A stretch of DNA of 64,000 nucleotides from an uncultured Pseudobdellovibrionaceae bacterium (GTDB lineage: Bacteria > Bdellovibrionota > Bdellovibrionia > Bdellovibrionales > UBA1609), in assembly GCA_963803705.1 (NCBI GenBank), contig CAWDNU010000004.1:800001-864000 (forward strand), read 5' to 3'. The position numbers and the translations under genes were made by a program. This document shows positions 52,594 through 63,392 of this stretch, piece by piece. Positions within the stretch are counted from its first letter, which is position 1, and the number at the start of each line of letters is the position of its first letter. The notes beneath the pieces were generated by a model, which worked only from the letters and a program-made list of their open reading frames with translations, made no database searches and was not told where the DNA came from.

Positions 52594-54869
52594 TGGACGT
52601 ATCTACCTTACTTGACCACTTGAATCCTCAGCAGCGAAAAGCCGCTGAACTTACCGATGGTCCGGTACTGATTCTAGCTGGGGCTGGATCTGGAAAAACT
52701 AGAGTCCTAACCTATAGAATGGCGCATATAATTCTAAACGGCCTAGCCACACCTGATGAATTGCTTGCTGTCACATTTACTAATAAAGCTGCAAAAGAGA
52801 TGGAAGCTCGGGTGATTAAGCTTTTGAAAGAGTTAGGTGTGCCAGTTTTCAGTCAACCATGGGTCAGCACGTTTCATTCTATGTGTGTTCGTATATTAAG
52901 GCAAAATTTAGTTCATCTTGGCTACAAGCCTGGCTTTTCAATATATGATTCAGATGATCAGCTTAAGATGATTAAAGAAGTTCTGAATAGACTAAACATA
53001 GATGATAAAGTATACCCACCAAAAAGCTTTGCTAGTAAAATCAATCAAGCTAAGACCTTAATGCTTTTACCTAAGGACATAGAAAAGCGGTCAGATGCTT
53101 TCTTTGATGACAAGTCTTTACAAGTTTATAGGGCATATGAAAATGCCATGAAGCAATCTAACGCGCTAGACTTTTCAGATCTTTTACTTAAAACCTATCA
53201 AGTTTTCGAAGGGTTTCCAGAAGTACTAAAAAGCTACCAGAACAAGTTCAAATATATTCACGTGGACGAATATCAAGACACTAATAAGATTCAATACAAT
53301 TTGATGCGTCTATTGGCATCGACGCACGGTAACCTGTGTGTAGTTGGAGACGAAGATCAGTCTATTTATAGTTGGCGCGGAGCCGATATTAACAATATCT
53401 TAGATTTTGAAAAAGACTTTGACGGGCAAGTTATAAAGCTTGAGCAGAACTATAGATCTACTGGTAATATCGTAAAAGCAGCCAACAGCCTTATCTCTAA
53501 TAATGTTTTTAGAAAATCGAAAACTCTTTTTACAGATAACCCAGAAGGCGACAAAATCACTATTGCTGAAATGACCAATGAGTACGACGAATCACGGTAT
53601 GTAGCCAACCATACGGAAAAGAGTTTGAATTCGGGCGCTTCCCCTAGTGATATCGCAGTGTTTTACCGCACCAATGCTCAGTCTCGTGTTTTGGAAGAGC
53701 AACTAAGGCTTAAAAGCATCCCTTACAAAATTGTTGGTGGGATGAAGTTCTACGAGCGAAAAGAGATAAAAGATGTCATAGGATATTTAAAAGTTATTCT
53801 TAATCCAGCGGACGATATAGCTGTGAAGCGAATAATCAACACTCCAGCCAGAGGCTTGGGCAAAACAACAATTCAAAAAGTTGAAAATGTTGCAGTACAA
53901 GATGGCGTCACTTTTCTACAAGCTGTACAAACAGCAGTACAAAGTAAAATTGTCACAGCTGGTACTCTAAAAAAACTAAGTAAATTCTATGACTTGATCA
54001 TGAGTCTTCAGGTAAAAAAAGATATGCCTTTAGACGAGCTCTATATGACTGTTTTAGAAGATTCAAATTACCTAAAGACACTGCAAGAGGAAAACTCGTT
54101 AGAGTCAAAATCAAGAATCGAAAACCTAGAAGAACTTAACAATGCGATTGTTCAGTTCACAAAAGAGCGACAGTCTGAGGCCAGTCTTCAAAGCTTTTTG
54201 GAGGAAATGAGTCTGGTTTCTGACATTGACCAAATCGACGATTCTTGGAATTCGGTAACTTTGATGACCCTACATATTTCTAAAGGCTTAGAGTTTCCGA
54301 TTGTTTTTATGGTCGGAATGGAAGAGGGTCTGTTCCCTGGCCATCAAAAGATCAATAACGCGGACGAAACTGAAATGGAAGAAGAGCGCAGGCTATGTTA
54401 CGTGGGTATGACCAGAGCCAGAGAACGTTTATTTATGCTGCATGCACGGACCAGGAAAGTTTGGGGGCAAGACCAGTTCCATCCTCCTAGCGGCTTTTTG
54501 TCAGAAATACCCAATGAATTAGTTGTCAAATCTCAAACTTCTTCTCGTCCTAATTTTCTAGATAGATATGAAAAATCTGGACATGATTCAAACATATCTT
54601 CACCTAGCAAACGTCCCGGAAATAAGTACATCACACGTAAAAAACCAAATGTGATTGCTGACCCATTTCCAGATTACGAGAACAGTACAGATGAGCACGG
54701 CGGGAGCGCCTCGTTGAAAAAGGGAGCTCAGGTTAGACACCCTACCTTTGGCGTAGGATCTATTCACGAAATTGAAGGCCAAGGTGATTCAGAAAAGGTT
54801 AGCGTTTTGTTTAGGGACAACACCATTAGAAAATTTATCACCAAATACGCAAGGCTACAGCTGTTGTAA
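52593..54869 (+). CDS. uvrD: UvrD/PcrA DNA helicase
   Basis: LAGAGSGKT, VDEYQDTN, VGDEDQSIYSWRGA, EERRLCYVGMTRA, C-terminal VRHPTFGVG. Confidence 0.95.
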   Translation: MDVSTLLDHLNPQQRKAAELTDGPVLILAGAGSGKTRVLTYRMAHIILNGLATPDELLAVTFTNKAAKEMEARVIKLLKELGVPVFSQPWVSTFHSMCVRILRQNLVHLGYKPGFSIYDSDDQLKMIKEVLNRLNIDDKVYPPKSFASKINQAKTLMLLPKDIEKRSDAFFDDKSLQVYRAYENAMKQSNALDFSDLLLKTYQVFEGFPEVLKSYQNKFKYIHVDEYQDTNKIQYNLMRLLASTHGNLCVVGDEDQSIYSWRGADINNILDFEKDFDGQVIKLEQNYRSTGNIVKAANSLISNNVFRKSKTLFTDNPEGDKITIAEMTNEYDESRYVANHTEKSLNSGASPSDIAVFYRTNAQSRVLEEQLRLKSIPYKIVGGMKFYERKEIKDVIGYLKVILNPADDIAVKRIINTPARGLGKTTIQKVENVAVQDGVTFLQAVQTAVQSKIVTAGTLKKLSKFYDLIMSLQVKKDMPLDELYMTVLEDSNYLKTLQEENSLESKSRIENLEELNNAIVQFTKERQSEASLQSFLEEMSLVSDIDQIDDSWNSVTLMTLHISKGLEFPIVFMVGMEEGLFPGHQKINNADETEMEEERRLCYVGMTRARERLFMLHARTRKVWGQDQFHPPSGFLSEIPNELVVKSQTSSRPNFLDRYEKSGHDSNISSPSKRPGNKYITRKKPNVIADPFPDYENSTDEHGGSASLKKGAQVRHPTFGVGSIHEIEGQGDSEKVSVLFRDNTIRKFITKYARLQLL

Positions 54870-55703
54870 GATTTTTTGATACCGTCGATTCAAATTGTTG
54901 AAAAAATTAAGCGGTGAGATTGTAGCTGTTTCATCAGAACTGATTTTTATATCCAGATTTTCAATGTATTCAAAAAGCTCTAAAAGAAACAACATCTTGT
55001 AATGGACTGCTTTTGAAGTATCGACGTAAGCTTTTTTGTATTCAGGACGATTTAATATCCTGAAGTCATCTACCCCTTGCAAACTTTTTGGCAATGGAAT
55101 CATCAAATAAATCCATGATAGATCGCCGTAATTTGTAAACTGGTATTCGAGCCCTCGCGCTTTTGACTTCGAACCCGACCCTTGCAAAAATGACAATTGC
55201 TCAATCCAATCGAAGTTAACAGCCTCAATAATATCTTGCTGAAAGGTAAGCGATGGTTGATCAGCCACACTTAGTAGGGGCGCCGCTTGAATGACACTAA
55301 AAATTGACCGCTTAAAATATTGTTTCACTAGTTTTTTTGCTGCAACACCGTAAAACTGTAACGATGCTAAATCTGATTTGATCTCGTAAGCTAAATCATC
55401 GATAAGATCCGAATCTTCAGTTTGTTTGATCTTACGCAGTTTTAAGCTGAGCGACAATAAATGGGCTTGAAACTCTTCAAGTGAAAAAGCCCTACCTTGA
55501 TTTGTCTCGCCCTGTTCTGAAATGATCGACGCTCCTCCGGTGTCGACAAAACCGTGAATTACTGAATTTAATTCCAGTTGTGAGGTTCGAAAATAAGCCT
55601 TCCAATGAGTTAATTCGTGAAACTCTGTGAAGGTCGGTTTCAAAGTTATAATGGCGGCTAAGGACAGAGCTATTCTATTTTGCGCAGAGAGGGGAATTTG
55701 CAA
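54855..55703 (-). CDS. Hypothetical protein (possibly the 3' part of a split gene)
   Basis: 282 aa, weak TTG start, overlaps the upstream ORF by 34 bp. Confidence 0.5.
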   Translation of the reverse strand: MQIPLSAQNRIALSLAAIITLKPTFTEFHELTHWKAYFRTSQLELNSVIHGFVDTGGASIISEQGETNQGRAFSLEEFQAHLLSLSLKLRKIKQTEDSDLIDDLAYEIKSDLASLQFYGVAAKKLVKQYFKRSIFSVIQAAPLLSVADQPSLTFQQDIIEAVNFDWIEQLSFLQGSGSKSKARGLEYQFTNYGDLSWIYLMIPLPKSLQGVDDFRILNRPEYKKAYVDTSKAVHYKMLFLLELFEYIENLDIKISSDETATISPLNFFNNLNRRYQKILQQL

Positions 55704-56026
55704 TTGAAATTGCTGATGAATGTCGCCAATTTGAAAAAGCCCCCTGACTCTCTATTTATATAATCAGGCCTAAAAATAAGTTGTGTTTGGCCTGTTGGTA
55801 TATGGATGTCAATTTTAGCAGAGACCGTTTGAAGACGCTTAGCAAAACGATTTAACGCTGAGTCATCAGTCGGGTGTATCAAAAGATACTTTTCATACAA
55901 GGCGTGTTCAACATTGTTTAGAGTTAAAAATTCAGAAACTTGACCCAAATCTGTAAAATTAAAATACAAAGATTTGTATCTTAACACTTTATAGAGCGCT
56001 TTACTTTTTTGGACCGAGTTGACCAT
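55670..56026 (-). CDS. Hypothetical protein (possibly the 5' part of a split gene)
   Basis: 118 aa ORF. Confidence 0.45.
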   Translation of the reverse strand: MVNSVQKSKALYKVLRYKSLYFNFTDLGQVSEFLTLNNVEHALYEKYLLIHPTDDSALNRFAKRLQTVSAKIDIHIPTGQTQLIFRPDYINRESGGFFKLATFISNFNCKFPSLRKIE

Positions 56027-56249
56027 AAGTACTGGCCGGTCAGCCCGGGTAGACAGAAAATAGTCGCACGAAGAGGCTAACCCTACAGAGCTTATAAAAT
56101 TTAATAAGAAGATTAAAAAATAGTTTTTCAGATGTACCTTATACGTTTAATCCTAATTTGTAGACAACAGGAATTCAAAAATAGTACCATCAAACAATTA
56201 TTATCAACTGAAAAAATCAGTGTACCCCCTCAAAAATTCTAGAAAATAT

Positions 56250-56279
56250 TAGGGCCTATGGAAGATTTGATCTAGGTTT
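56250..56279 (+). repeat. Degenerate solo terminal repeat of the 37313 MITE family
   Basis: TAGGGCCTATGGAAGATTTGATCTAGGTTT. Confidence 0.75.
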
Positions 56280-56432
56280 CAAGAAAAAGGTTAACAACCA
56301 AACTAGGGACCAAATTAAGCCCAAAAGCGTCACTTGTGAAAAAATGTAAGACAGTGAAGTGTGCTTGATCGGTATTTAAAGCGGTTCTGAGCGGTCCCAG
56401 ATTTGTAATAATGGGTATGGAGGACTTAAACT

Positions 56433-57095
56433 ATGAAAAATATAAGTCAAGATTTAAGAGATTACAAGAAGATGGGCTTTCAAGCTTTTTTAACACTTAC
56501 AATGGCTTTTAGCTTTATAGCTTGTTCAGAAGATAGCGGCCTTTCGGCTAACACACCTTTCGGCAGCCAATACTACAATCAATCAAGTGGTGCTTGTGGT
56601 AATCAAAGATTCAATGCGGGCATTCCAGGCAACTCTGCTTGTCCCTATGGTGGCCAGATTATTAATGGTGAACTTGAAGGCTTCGCTGAATTCAGAGTAG
56701 ATGGTGCTATTTATTTAGATTTTGGACTTCAGTATAACGACCTATGCCCTGTTGGTGAGGTCCCAGTTTATGAATCAAGATACGGACAAGTGCAACTGGC
56801 TAAGTGTGAATACGTAGGAAATGACTTTTTTGACCCCACATTTATTTCAGGACACCATAACTCTAGCAGCTGTAGTGGAGGATACACCGGAGATAGAAAT
56901 TGCATCCCAGGTGCCGGAAGCTACAATTCTGGCAATCGTCATGATGTTAGGTACGACAATAGATACGATGGTGGATACAATGACAGATACAATAGCCGTT
57001 ATGACGACCGCTTTAATTATCAACGTGGCAACAACAGGCTGAATAATCGCCCGCACAATGACTCCCGCTATAACTACAACGATCGATATCTTTAA
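56433..57095 (+). CDS. Cys-rich lipoprotein with a low-complexity R-Y-D/N tail
   Basis: FIAC lipobox, GGAGG RBS. Confidence 0.75.
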   Translation: MKNISQDLRDYKKMGFQAFLTLTMAFSFIACSEDSGLSANTPFGSQYYNQSSGACGNQRFNAGIPGNSACPYGGQIINGELEGFAEFRVDGAIYLDFGLQYNDLCPVGEVPVYESRYGQVQLAKCEYVGNDFFDPTFISGHHNSSSCSGGYTGDRNCIPGAGSYNSGNRHDVRYDNRYDGGYNDRYNSRYDDRFNYQRGNNRLNNRPHNDSRYNYNDRYL

Positions 57096-57107
57096 TATTT
57101 AATTTGA

Positions 57108-57140
57108 GCGTCAGAATTTGGCCCCCCCCAAATTCTGCGC
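57108..57140. terminator. Stem-loop after the lipoprotein gene
   Basis: CAGAATTTGG-CCCCC-CCAAATTCTG; no clear U-tract. Confidence 0.4.
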
Positions 57141-57171
57141 TACTATAACCTTCTGACCTAGGAGGTTATTT

Positions 57172-59193
57172 TTGTCTCACCCTATTTACGAATCCAAACT
57201 TTTTGATGCAGCTGTCGATTTTTCTAAAATTAAGTCTGAAAGTTTGTCGAGTGAAGTTGAATCAGCATTTCGAGAGGCCTTAAAAGAACGTGACGAGCTA
57301 ATAAAGAAAACTAATGAAGTGACTTGGGATAACACAATGGATGCCATGGAAAACTGTGGCCAAAAACTAGAACAAGTGATGTCCGTCGTATACAACTATT
57401 TTTCGGCCATGACAGATGATAATATCCAAAAAATTGTAGAAAACTACTCAAGTAAAATGTCGGAGTTTTCAAATTCGATCACGTTAAACAAAATATTATT
57501 TGAACGTGTAAAATTTATCTATGACTCCCCTGATGATTTCAATATGGACTTCGAACAAAAAGAACTCTTAAAAAAAACTTACGAAAGTTTCGTTAGAAAT
57601 GGATCTTTGCTAACGGACGAGAAAAAATCTGAGCTGACTGAAATAGATAATAAATTGTCAGAAATTTCACCCCAATTTTCAAAAAATTTGCTTCAGGCGA
57701 CTAAAAGTTTTTATTTAGAAGTCGATGCAGCAGATCTAGATGGACTACCCGATTCTAGTCTTGAACAGGCTAAATCCGATGCCGAGCTAAAAGATTTAAA
57801 AAATAAGCTTATTATTACTTTGGATATGCCAAGCTTTTTACCGTTTATGAAATATTCAAAAAACAGAGAGCTAAGGAAAGAGCTTTACATGGCTAACGCT
57901 AATAAGGCTTACAAAGGAAAATATGATAATCAGGAACATATTCGCAATATGGTGAAGCTTAGGGATCAAAAAGCAAAAATCTTAGGCTTTAAAAACTACG
58001 CAGGCTTTGTGCTGCAAAATAGAATGGCTGAGACCGAAGAACGAGTGTTTAGTTTTCTTAATCAACTTAAAGAAGCTGCTTTTCCAGCAGCACAAAATGA
58101 AGTCAAAGAGATCAAAGAGTATGCAAAAGCTAAAGATGGTATTGATAACATGCAGCCTTGGGACTTTGCATATTATTCTGAGCTTTTAAAAAAAGAAAAG
58201 TATGATTTTGATAGCGAGGTCTTGCGACAATATTTCAAACTAGAAAATGTTTTGCAAGGAGCTTTTGATCATGCCCAAAGGCTGTATGGACTTACTTTTA
58301 AAATAAGAAAGGATCTACCAAAGTATCATCCAGACGTTTCAGTTTTCGAAGTTTTTGAAGAAAAAACCAAGTCTTATATAGGATTGTTTTACGCAGACTT
58401 TTTTCCTAGAGACTCCAAGCGCGGTGGTGCTTGGATGACTAGCTACAGAGAACAAGGTCAGTGGTACGACGAAATTCGTAGGCCACATATTAGTATCGTG
58501 TGCAATTTTACTAAGCCAACTTCGACAAAACCCTCTTTGCTAAACTTTAGAGAAGTTCAAACTTTGTTTCACGAATTTGGTCACTCGCTGCATGGGCTAC
58601 TATCTAAATGCAAATACCGAAGTTTAAGTGGCACAAATGTACTTTGGGATTTTGTTGAACTACCTTCACAAATAATGGAAAATTGGACTCTTGAGCAAGA
58701 GGGCTTAAACCTTTTCGCCAAACACTACAAAACCGGTGAATCAATTCCAACAGAGCTTATCGATAAACTTCAAAATAGTGAGAACTTCTTGAAAGCGTAC
58801 GGTTCAATAAGGCAATATGTTTTTGCCCATATGGATATGGTTTGGCATACAAAGCCTGATACGAGCTTTAAAGACATACATGACTATGAAAAAGATATTT
58901 TTGGAGATGTAAAACTTTTTGAACACTATGGAAGCAGCTCTTGTAGCTTCAGCCACATTTTTGCCGGAGGCTACGCAGCAGGATATTACTCTTACAAGTG
59001 GGCAGAGGTTCTAGATGCTGACGCTTTTGAGTATTTTAAGGAAAAAGGTATATTTAACAAAGATGTTGCGGATGCTTTCAAAAAATTTGTTTTAAGTAAG
59101 GGTGCTACTGAACACCCAATGGAGCTTTATAAAAAATTTCGTGGACGCGAGCCAGACATCAATGCTCTACTGAGACGCGATCACTTGATATAG
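57172..59193 (+). CDS. M3 family metallopeptidase (oligopeptidase A/Dcp-like)
   Basis: KRGGAWM, FHEFGH, WDFVELPSQ, GYAAGYYSYKWAEVL. Confidence 0.93.
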   Translation: MSHPIYESKLFDAAVDFSKIKSESLSSEVESAFREALKERDELIKKTNEVTWDNTMDAMENCGQKLEQVMSVVYNYFSAMTDDNIQKIVENYSSKMSEFSNSITLNKILFERVKFIYDSPDDFNMDFEQKELLKKTYESFVRNGSLLTDEKKSELTEIDNKLSEISPQFSKNLLQATKSFYLEVDAADLDGLPDSSLEQAKSDAELKDLKNKLIITLDMPSFLPFMKYSKNRELRKELYMANANKAYKGKYDNQEHIRNMVKLRDQKAKILGFKNYAGFVLQNRMAETEERVFSFLNQLKEAAFPAAQNEVKEIKEYAKAKDGIDNMQPWDFAYYSELLKKEKYDFDSEVLRQYFKLENVLQGAFDHAQRLYGLTFKIRKDLPKYHPDVSVFEVFEEKTKSYIGLFYADFFPRDSKRGGAWMTSYREQGQWYDEIRRPHISIVCNFTKPTSTKPSLLNFREVQTLFHEFGHSLHGLLSKCKYRSLSGTNVLWDFVELPSQIMENWTLEQEGLNLFAKHYKTGESIPTELIDKLQNSENFLKAYGSIRQYVFAHMDMVWHTKPDTSFKDIHDYEKDIFGDVKLFEHYGSSSCSFSHIFAGGYAAGYYSYKWAEVLDADAFEYFKEKGIFNKDVADAFKKFVLSKGATEHPMELYKKFRGREPDINALLRRDHLI

Positions 59194-59201
59194 GACAAAC
59201 A

Positions 59202-60053
59202 ATGTCTAAAAACTTAACTATTAAAAATGTGCTAATAGTTCACAGGGATGACACGCCTCAAGCTAAACAGCTAGGGGCAGATTTTATCCGCTACCTGTCT
59301 AATAAAAGTATCAAAGCTGAACTTATAAGTTATTTGGAATTGTCTAAGAAAAGCTTTGAGAATTTATGTGACTTGGTCGTTGTTCTTGGCGGAGATGGAA
59401 CTTATCTGTCTACCGTTGGCCATATAAAACCTTCGGTGGTTCCAATTTTAGGGATCAATATGGGCTCGTTAGGATTTTTGACAGAAACTAAAGTTGACGA
59501 CGCTTACAGCACTTTGGATATGGCATTAGGTGGTCTGCTTGAAAGCAGACCAAGACAGTTGTTGAATATTGATGTCCGCCACTCAGACTCGACAAGTTTC
59601 CTTGAAACTGCACTGAATGATATTGTTATTGAAAGGGGTGCAAGGTCACAACTTGTCCGTATACAGATTTATTCAGGTGATTTTCTGGTACAAGATTTGA
59701 AAGCAGATGGTTTAATAATTTCAACGCCAACGGGAAGTACAGCTTACAATTTGGCTGTAGGCGGGCCTATTCTTCATCCGGACATACAAGGCTTTGTAAT
59801 TACCCCTGTAGCACCACATAGTTTGACATCAAGGCCTATTGTTTTTCCAGATGACCTGGACCTAAAGATTAGATTAGCCGCAGGAAACCAAACGGCGCAG
59901 TTAACAATAGACGGTCGTAAGGTTTTAGAAGTCACTGACCAGGATTTAATAAAAATTGAAAAATCTAAACATGTTCATAATGTTTTACGAAAGAAGGGTC
60001 ATAACTACTTTGACCTCTTAAGAGAAAAACTAAAATTTGGGGAACGTAACTAA
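59202..60053 (+). CDS. nadK: NAD kinase
   Basis: LGGDGT, GINMGSLGFL, ALND, DGLIISTPTGSTAY. Confidence 0.95.
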   Translation: MSKNLTIKNVLIVHRDDTPQAKQLGADFIRYLSNKSIKAELISYLELSKKSFENLCDLVVVLGGDGTYLSTVGHIKPSVVPILGINMGSLGFLTETKVDDAYSTLDMALGGLLESRPRQLLNIDVRHSDSTSFLETALNDIVIERGARSQLVRIQIYSGDFLVQDLKADGLIISTPTGSTAYNLAVGGPILHPDIQGFVITPVAPHSLTSRPIVFPDDLDLKIRLAAGNQTAQLTIDGRKVLEVTDQDLIKIEKSKHVHNVLRKKGHNYFDLLREKLKFGERN

Positions 60054-60055
60054 TT

Positions 60056-61741
60056 ATGCTGCTTGAACTAAAAATTAAAAATTTTGTTATAATAGAAGAA
60101 ACTAGCATTTCATTCAAAAATGGCTTCAATATTTTAAGTGGAGAAACAGGGTCTGGAAAGTCTGTGCTTCTTAAAGCTTTATCTGTTCTGATGGGGGCTA
60201 GCTCATCCAATGATTTAGTCGGGCCCTATGGATCTGAATCCAACGTGGAAGGGTTTTTTGATATTTCTGAACGCTCCGATATTAAAAAAAGATTGTTAGA
60301 ACTAGGTATTCAATGTGATGATGACACTATTATTGTTAGACGCCTGTTGGGTAAAAAAAATAGAGTGTTTATAAATGGCTCTTTAGTCACATTGACTGAA
60401 CTTAAAAATTTAGTAACCCCAATTTTAGAAATAGCAGGCCCATTCGCCGCACCACTTATGGAAATGACTGGCCAACACGACACAAAACAGTTGTTGTCGA
60501 CTGGTTATCATAGGTTCTTACTAGATCTTTATGCTAATTTAGGTAGTAAACTTGATATTTACAAGACTAAGTACACTCTGCGAGAAAAGCTGATCCAGCA
60601 GATCGAAGATATAGAAAGTAAATCTAAAACTAATGTACATCAGTTGGACTTTATAAAGTATCAACTAAATGAAATAGAAAAATTTCAGTTAGATTTAGTT
60701 CAAGATGCAAAGCTTCAGGATCGTATTTTCCAAATCAAAAATAAACAAAAGTTTCTAGATTTTTTATCAAACACTGACGATCTTTTAAATCAACAAGATT
60801 CGTCTGTAATTTCAAGTTTGCACAAAATTGTAAAAATGGCAGAGCCCTTTGAGGCTAGTTACATTGCCATAAACACTGCTCTGGATAATTTAAGAACTTC
60901 TATTTCTTTGGTAGAAGATGCCTCATTTGAGTTGTCAAACCTTGCAACAGAAGATCTAGAAAACGGTGAAAGCTTAGAGGACTTAACTGAACGCTTTTCG
61001 AAATTAAGAGGCTTACAGAAAAAATATGGTGATGATCTAAATGAAATAGTAAAGGCTGAAGAGAGCTTAAGAGTTGAAATCGAAACTTTAGATAATGTAG
61101 ACGCTATATTAGAAGAGAAGTACGATGAACTTGAAACACTAGAAGCAGATTTGATGGGACTTGCCTCGACCATGCATGACCTAAGAAAAAACTCTTCAGA
61201 AACAATCGTAAAGAAAGTAAATGCTCAGCTTGAAGATTTAAATATGAAAGGTGTTAAATTTTTTATCGGATTAGAACGAACAAATGAGCTTAATAAGTAT
61301 GGAAATTCTAAGATTGAATTTTTAGTTCAGTCACATAAAGATTCTGATAAAAGGCCGCTCGCAAAAACTGCCAGTGGCGGTGAACTTAGCCGAATTTTGC
61401 TTTCTATTAAAACTGTGCTCGGTGAAAATGAATGGCCGCGTACCTACCTTTTTGACGAAGTTGACACGGGTGTTAGTGGACCTACGGCGCAATTAGTGGG
61501 AAAAAAACTAAAAGAGATGAGCATGGATCAACAGGTTTTATGCGTGACTCATCTGCCACAGGTTGCAGCCCAAGCAGATCATCATTTTGTGATTGAAAAG
61601 CTTCCCAAGGGGGATCAGTTTCACATGCAAGTCAGAGAACTTGACCGCAAGCAAAGAATTAACGAAATAGCCCGGCTTATTTCGGGTGAAACAATTTCGG
61701 ATTCAAGCCGTGAGCACGCCCGAAAGCTATTGGGACTGTAA
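60056..61741 (+). CDS. recN: DNA repair protein RecN
   Basis: SGETGSGKS, ASGGELSR, FDEVDTGVSG, VTHLPQVAA. Confidence 0.95.
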   Translation: MLLELKIKNFVIIEETSISFKNGFNILSGETGSGKSVLLKALSVLMGASSSNDLVGPYGSESNVEGFFDISERSDIKKRLLELGIQCDDDTIIVRRLLGKKNRVFINGSLVTLTELKNLVTPILEIAGPFAAPLMEMTGQHDTKQLLSTGYHRFLLDLYANLGSKLDIYKTKYTLREKLIQQIEDIESKSKTNVHQLDFIKYQLNEIEKFQLDLVQDAKLQDRIFQIKNKQKFLDFLSNTDDLLNQQDSSVISSLHKIVKMAEPFEASYIAINTALDNLRTSISLVEDASFELSNLATEDLENGESLEDLTERFSKLRGLQKKYGDDLNEIVKAEESLRVEIETLDNVDAILEEKYDELETLEADLMGLASTMHDLRKNSSETIVKKVNAQLEDLNMKGVKFFIGLERTNELNKYGNSKIEFLVQSHKDSDKRPLAKTASGGELSRILLSIKTVLGENEWPRTYLFDEVDTGVSGPTAQLVGKKLKEMSMDQQVLCVTHLPQVAAQADHHFVIEKLPKGDQFHMQVRELDRKQRINEIARLISGETISDSSREHARKLLGL

Positions 61742-62024
61742 ATATTTTTTAAGTAGATTTCACTTGGTCTTATCTTTCCCAGGGTAAATTGACCGAATTA
61801 GCCCCAAACGATTCTGACAGCCTATCGGCGTCATAACCGAATTCCTTAGTACCGAATGATAAAATCAATAGCCCTGCTTAAACGTAGACACACGAGTGAC
61901 ATTTTGTGGCCGTAAGAACAAAGGTTTAGTCAGTTTGAATGTATTTATCTATGGGTATATTCAATCTTAGCATTAGTTTTTTGAGCATAGATATTGCTCC
62001 GACAAGGGTGTTAAAGGAGTGACT

Positions 62025-63266
62025 ATGAAAGTACTAATTATTTTATCTTTTATATTATGTTCAGCCACAGCTTATTCTGACACCGACAGTGCTTCAAAAG
62101 ATGTTGAGAAGGTCCTTAGTTATCTTCCAGAATCAATCCGGACAAAGCTAGATGATTACCTAAAAATGATTGGCATTAGTTCCTATGATGATCCTAGTTG
62201 GGTCGGTGAAGACAATGAAGGCTTGAGAGGCTATAACGATCAACTTCTGGGTCGGAACAGATGCTTGTCTAAATTGGCAGAGGATTTTTATAAGGAATTA
62301 CCAAAAACAGATATAAAAACTGGATTTTTGAAATCTGATTTTAGCATTAATTACCAATCAGAAAATCCTGGGTGGCTTCTAAGATATGCCAATACAAAGA
62401 CTAAAGGAAATGGAAACCTGGCTGTCACATTATTAGGGCTATGTGGGCATGACAACGCGGCCTCGTCGGTTAGTACCTTCAATGGCGGAAAAATATACTG
62501 CCCAAAGAACATGTTTGCTCCTCAGGCGCTAGGTTCAGAGTTCAACATCGAGAAGAGTCTAATCGATAAAGTCACTAACATCCAATCACCTAACATGGGT
62601 GCGAAAGCACTCCCTGCTAAAAGCTATCATATCTTAGCTTCAGCTTACCAAACTTGTTCGTTAGTGAAAAATGGGGTTCCTGGCCTTATGGCCTCTAAAA
62701 TACAGAATAAACTTATATATACTTATAGGATTAAGCGCTTATGTGAGAAGAAAATGATAGGCAACTATAATTTCGAGCACAATAGACTAGGCCGGCTATT
62801 CAAAAGCGAAGATCTATCAGTTGTAAGAGAAAAACTGCTAAGAGAGGCTCAGCTTTGTAAAGATAAAATTGAATCAGACGAGTGCCAAGACTTAACCAGC
62901 CTATTGAGTGAAGACGATATTATAGATGGTAACATCAAAGCTATTAATTCTGGTATTTCTCGTCTTGCTGAATTTTATTTCGCTCACTCTCTGATGCATG
63001 AAAATATAAAGAATAATGACCTATGCTCGAATATTCAAATGACTCATGCAATTTATAAAAAGCTTGATAAAATATCTAAAGATAACCGCTTGTGCGGGGA
63101 TCTTTCACCAGATCAGTGTGAGATAGGTCAACGAATTATAAGTACATGGACTGTTGATATCGAATGGTCAGAGTCCCAGCATTTTTTAGGGTCTAAAATT
63201 GCTCGTGAGAGCTGTTCTACAAAAAATATTGATCTTGAGGAAGCGGCCTGTAGCCTGGTCGACTAA
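62025..63266 (+). CDS. Secreted Cys-rich hypothetical protein
   Basis: AAGGAG RBS, signal peptide, many Cys, motifs LCGHD and KSYH. Confidence 0.7.
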   Translation: MKVLIILSFILCSATAYSDTDSASKDVEKVLSYLPESIRTKLDDYLKMIGISSYDDPSWVGEDNEGLRGYNDQLLGRNRCLSKLAEDFYKELPKTDIKTGFLKSDFSINYQSENPGWLLRYANTKTKGNGNLAVTLLGLCGHDNAASSVSTFNGGKIYCPKNMFAPQALGSEFNIEKSLIDKVTNIQSPNMGAKALPAKSYHILASAYQTCSLVKNGVPGLMASKIQNKLIYTYRIKRLCEKKMIGNYNFEHNRLGRLFKSEDLSVVREKLLREAQLCKDKIESDECQDLTSLLSEDDIIDGNIKAINSGISRLAEFYFAHSLMHENIKNNDLCSNIQMTHAIYKKLDKISKDNRLCGDLSPDQCEIGQRIISTWTVDIEWSESQHFLGSKIARESCSTKNIDLEEAACSLVD

Positions 63267-63392
63267 CCTTGTCATTGATCAAAATAATTTTAGTTTTAAT
63301 AAGCATTGTTGAGTACAGCAATGTTTATTTCTTATTTCAAAGCCACTCATTTAAGCTTGCTTTTTGATCTAAATATTTGGAGCTTTTAGTTT

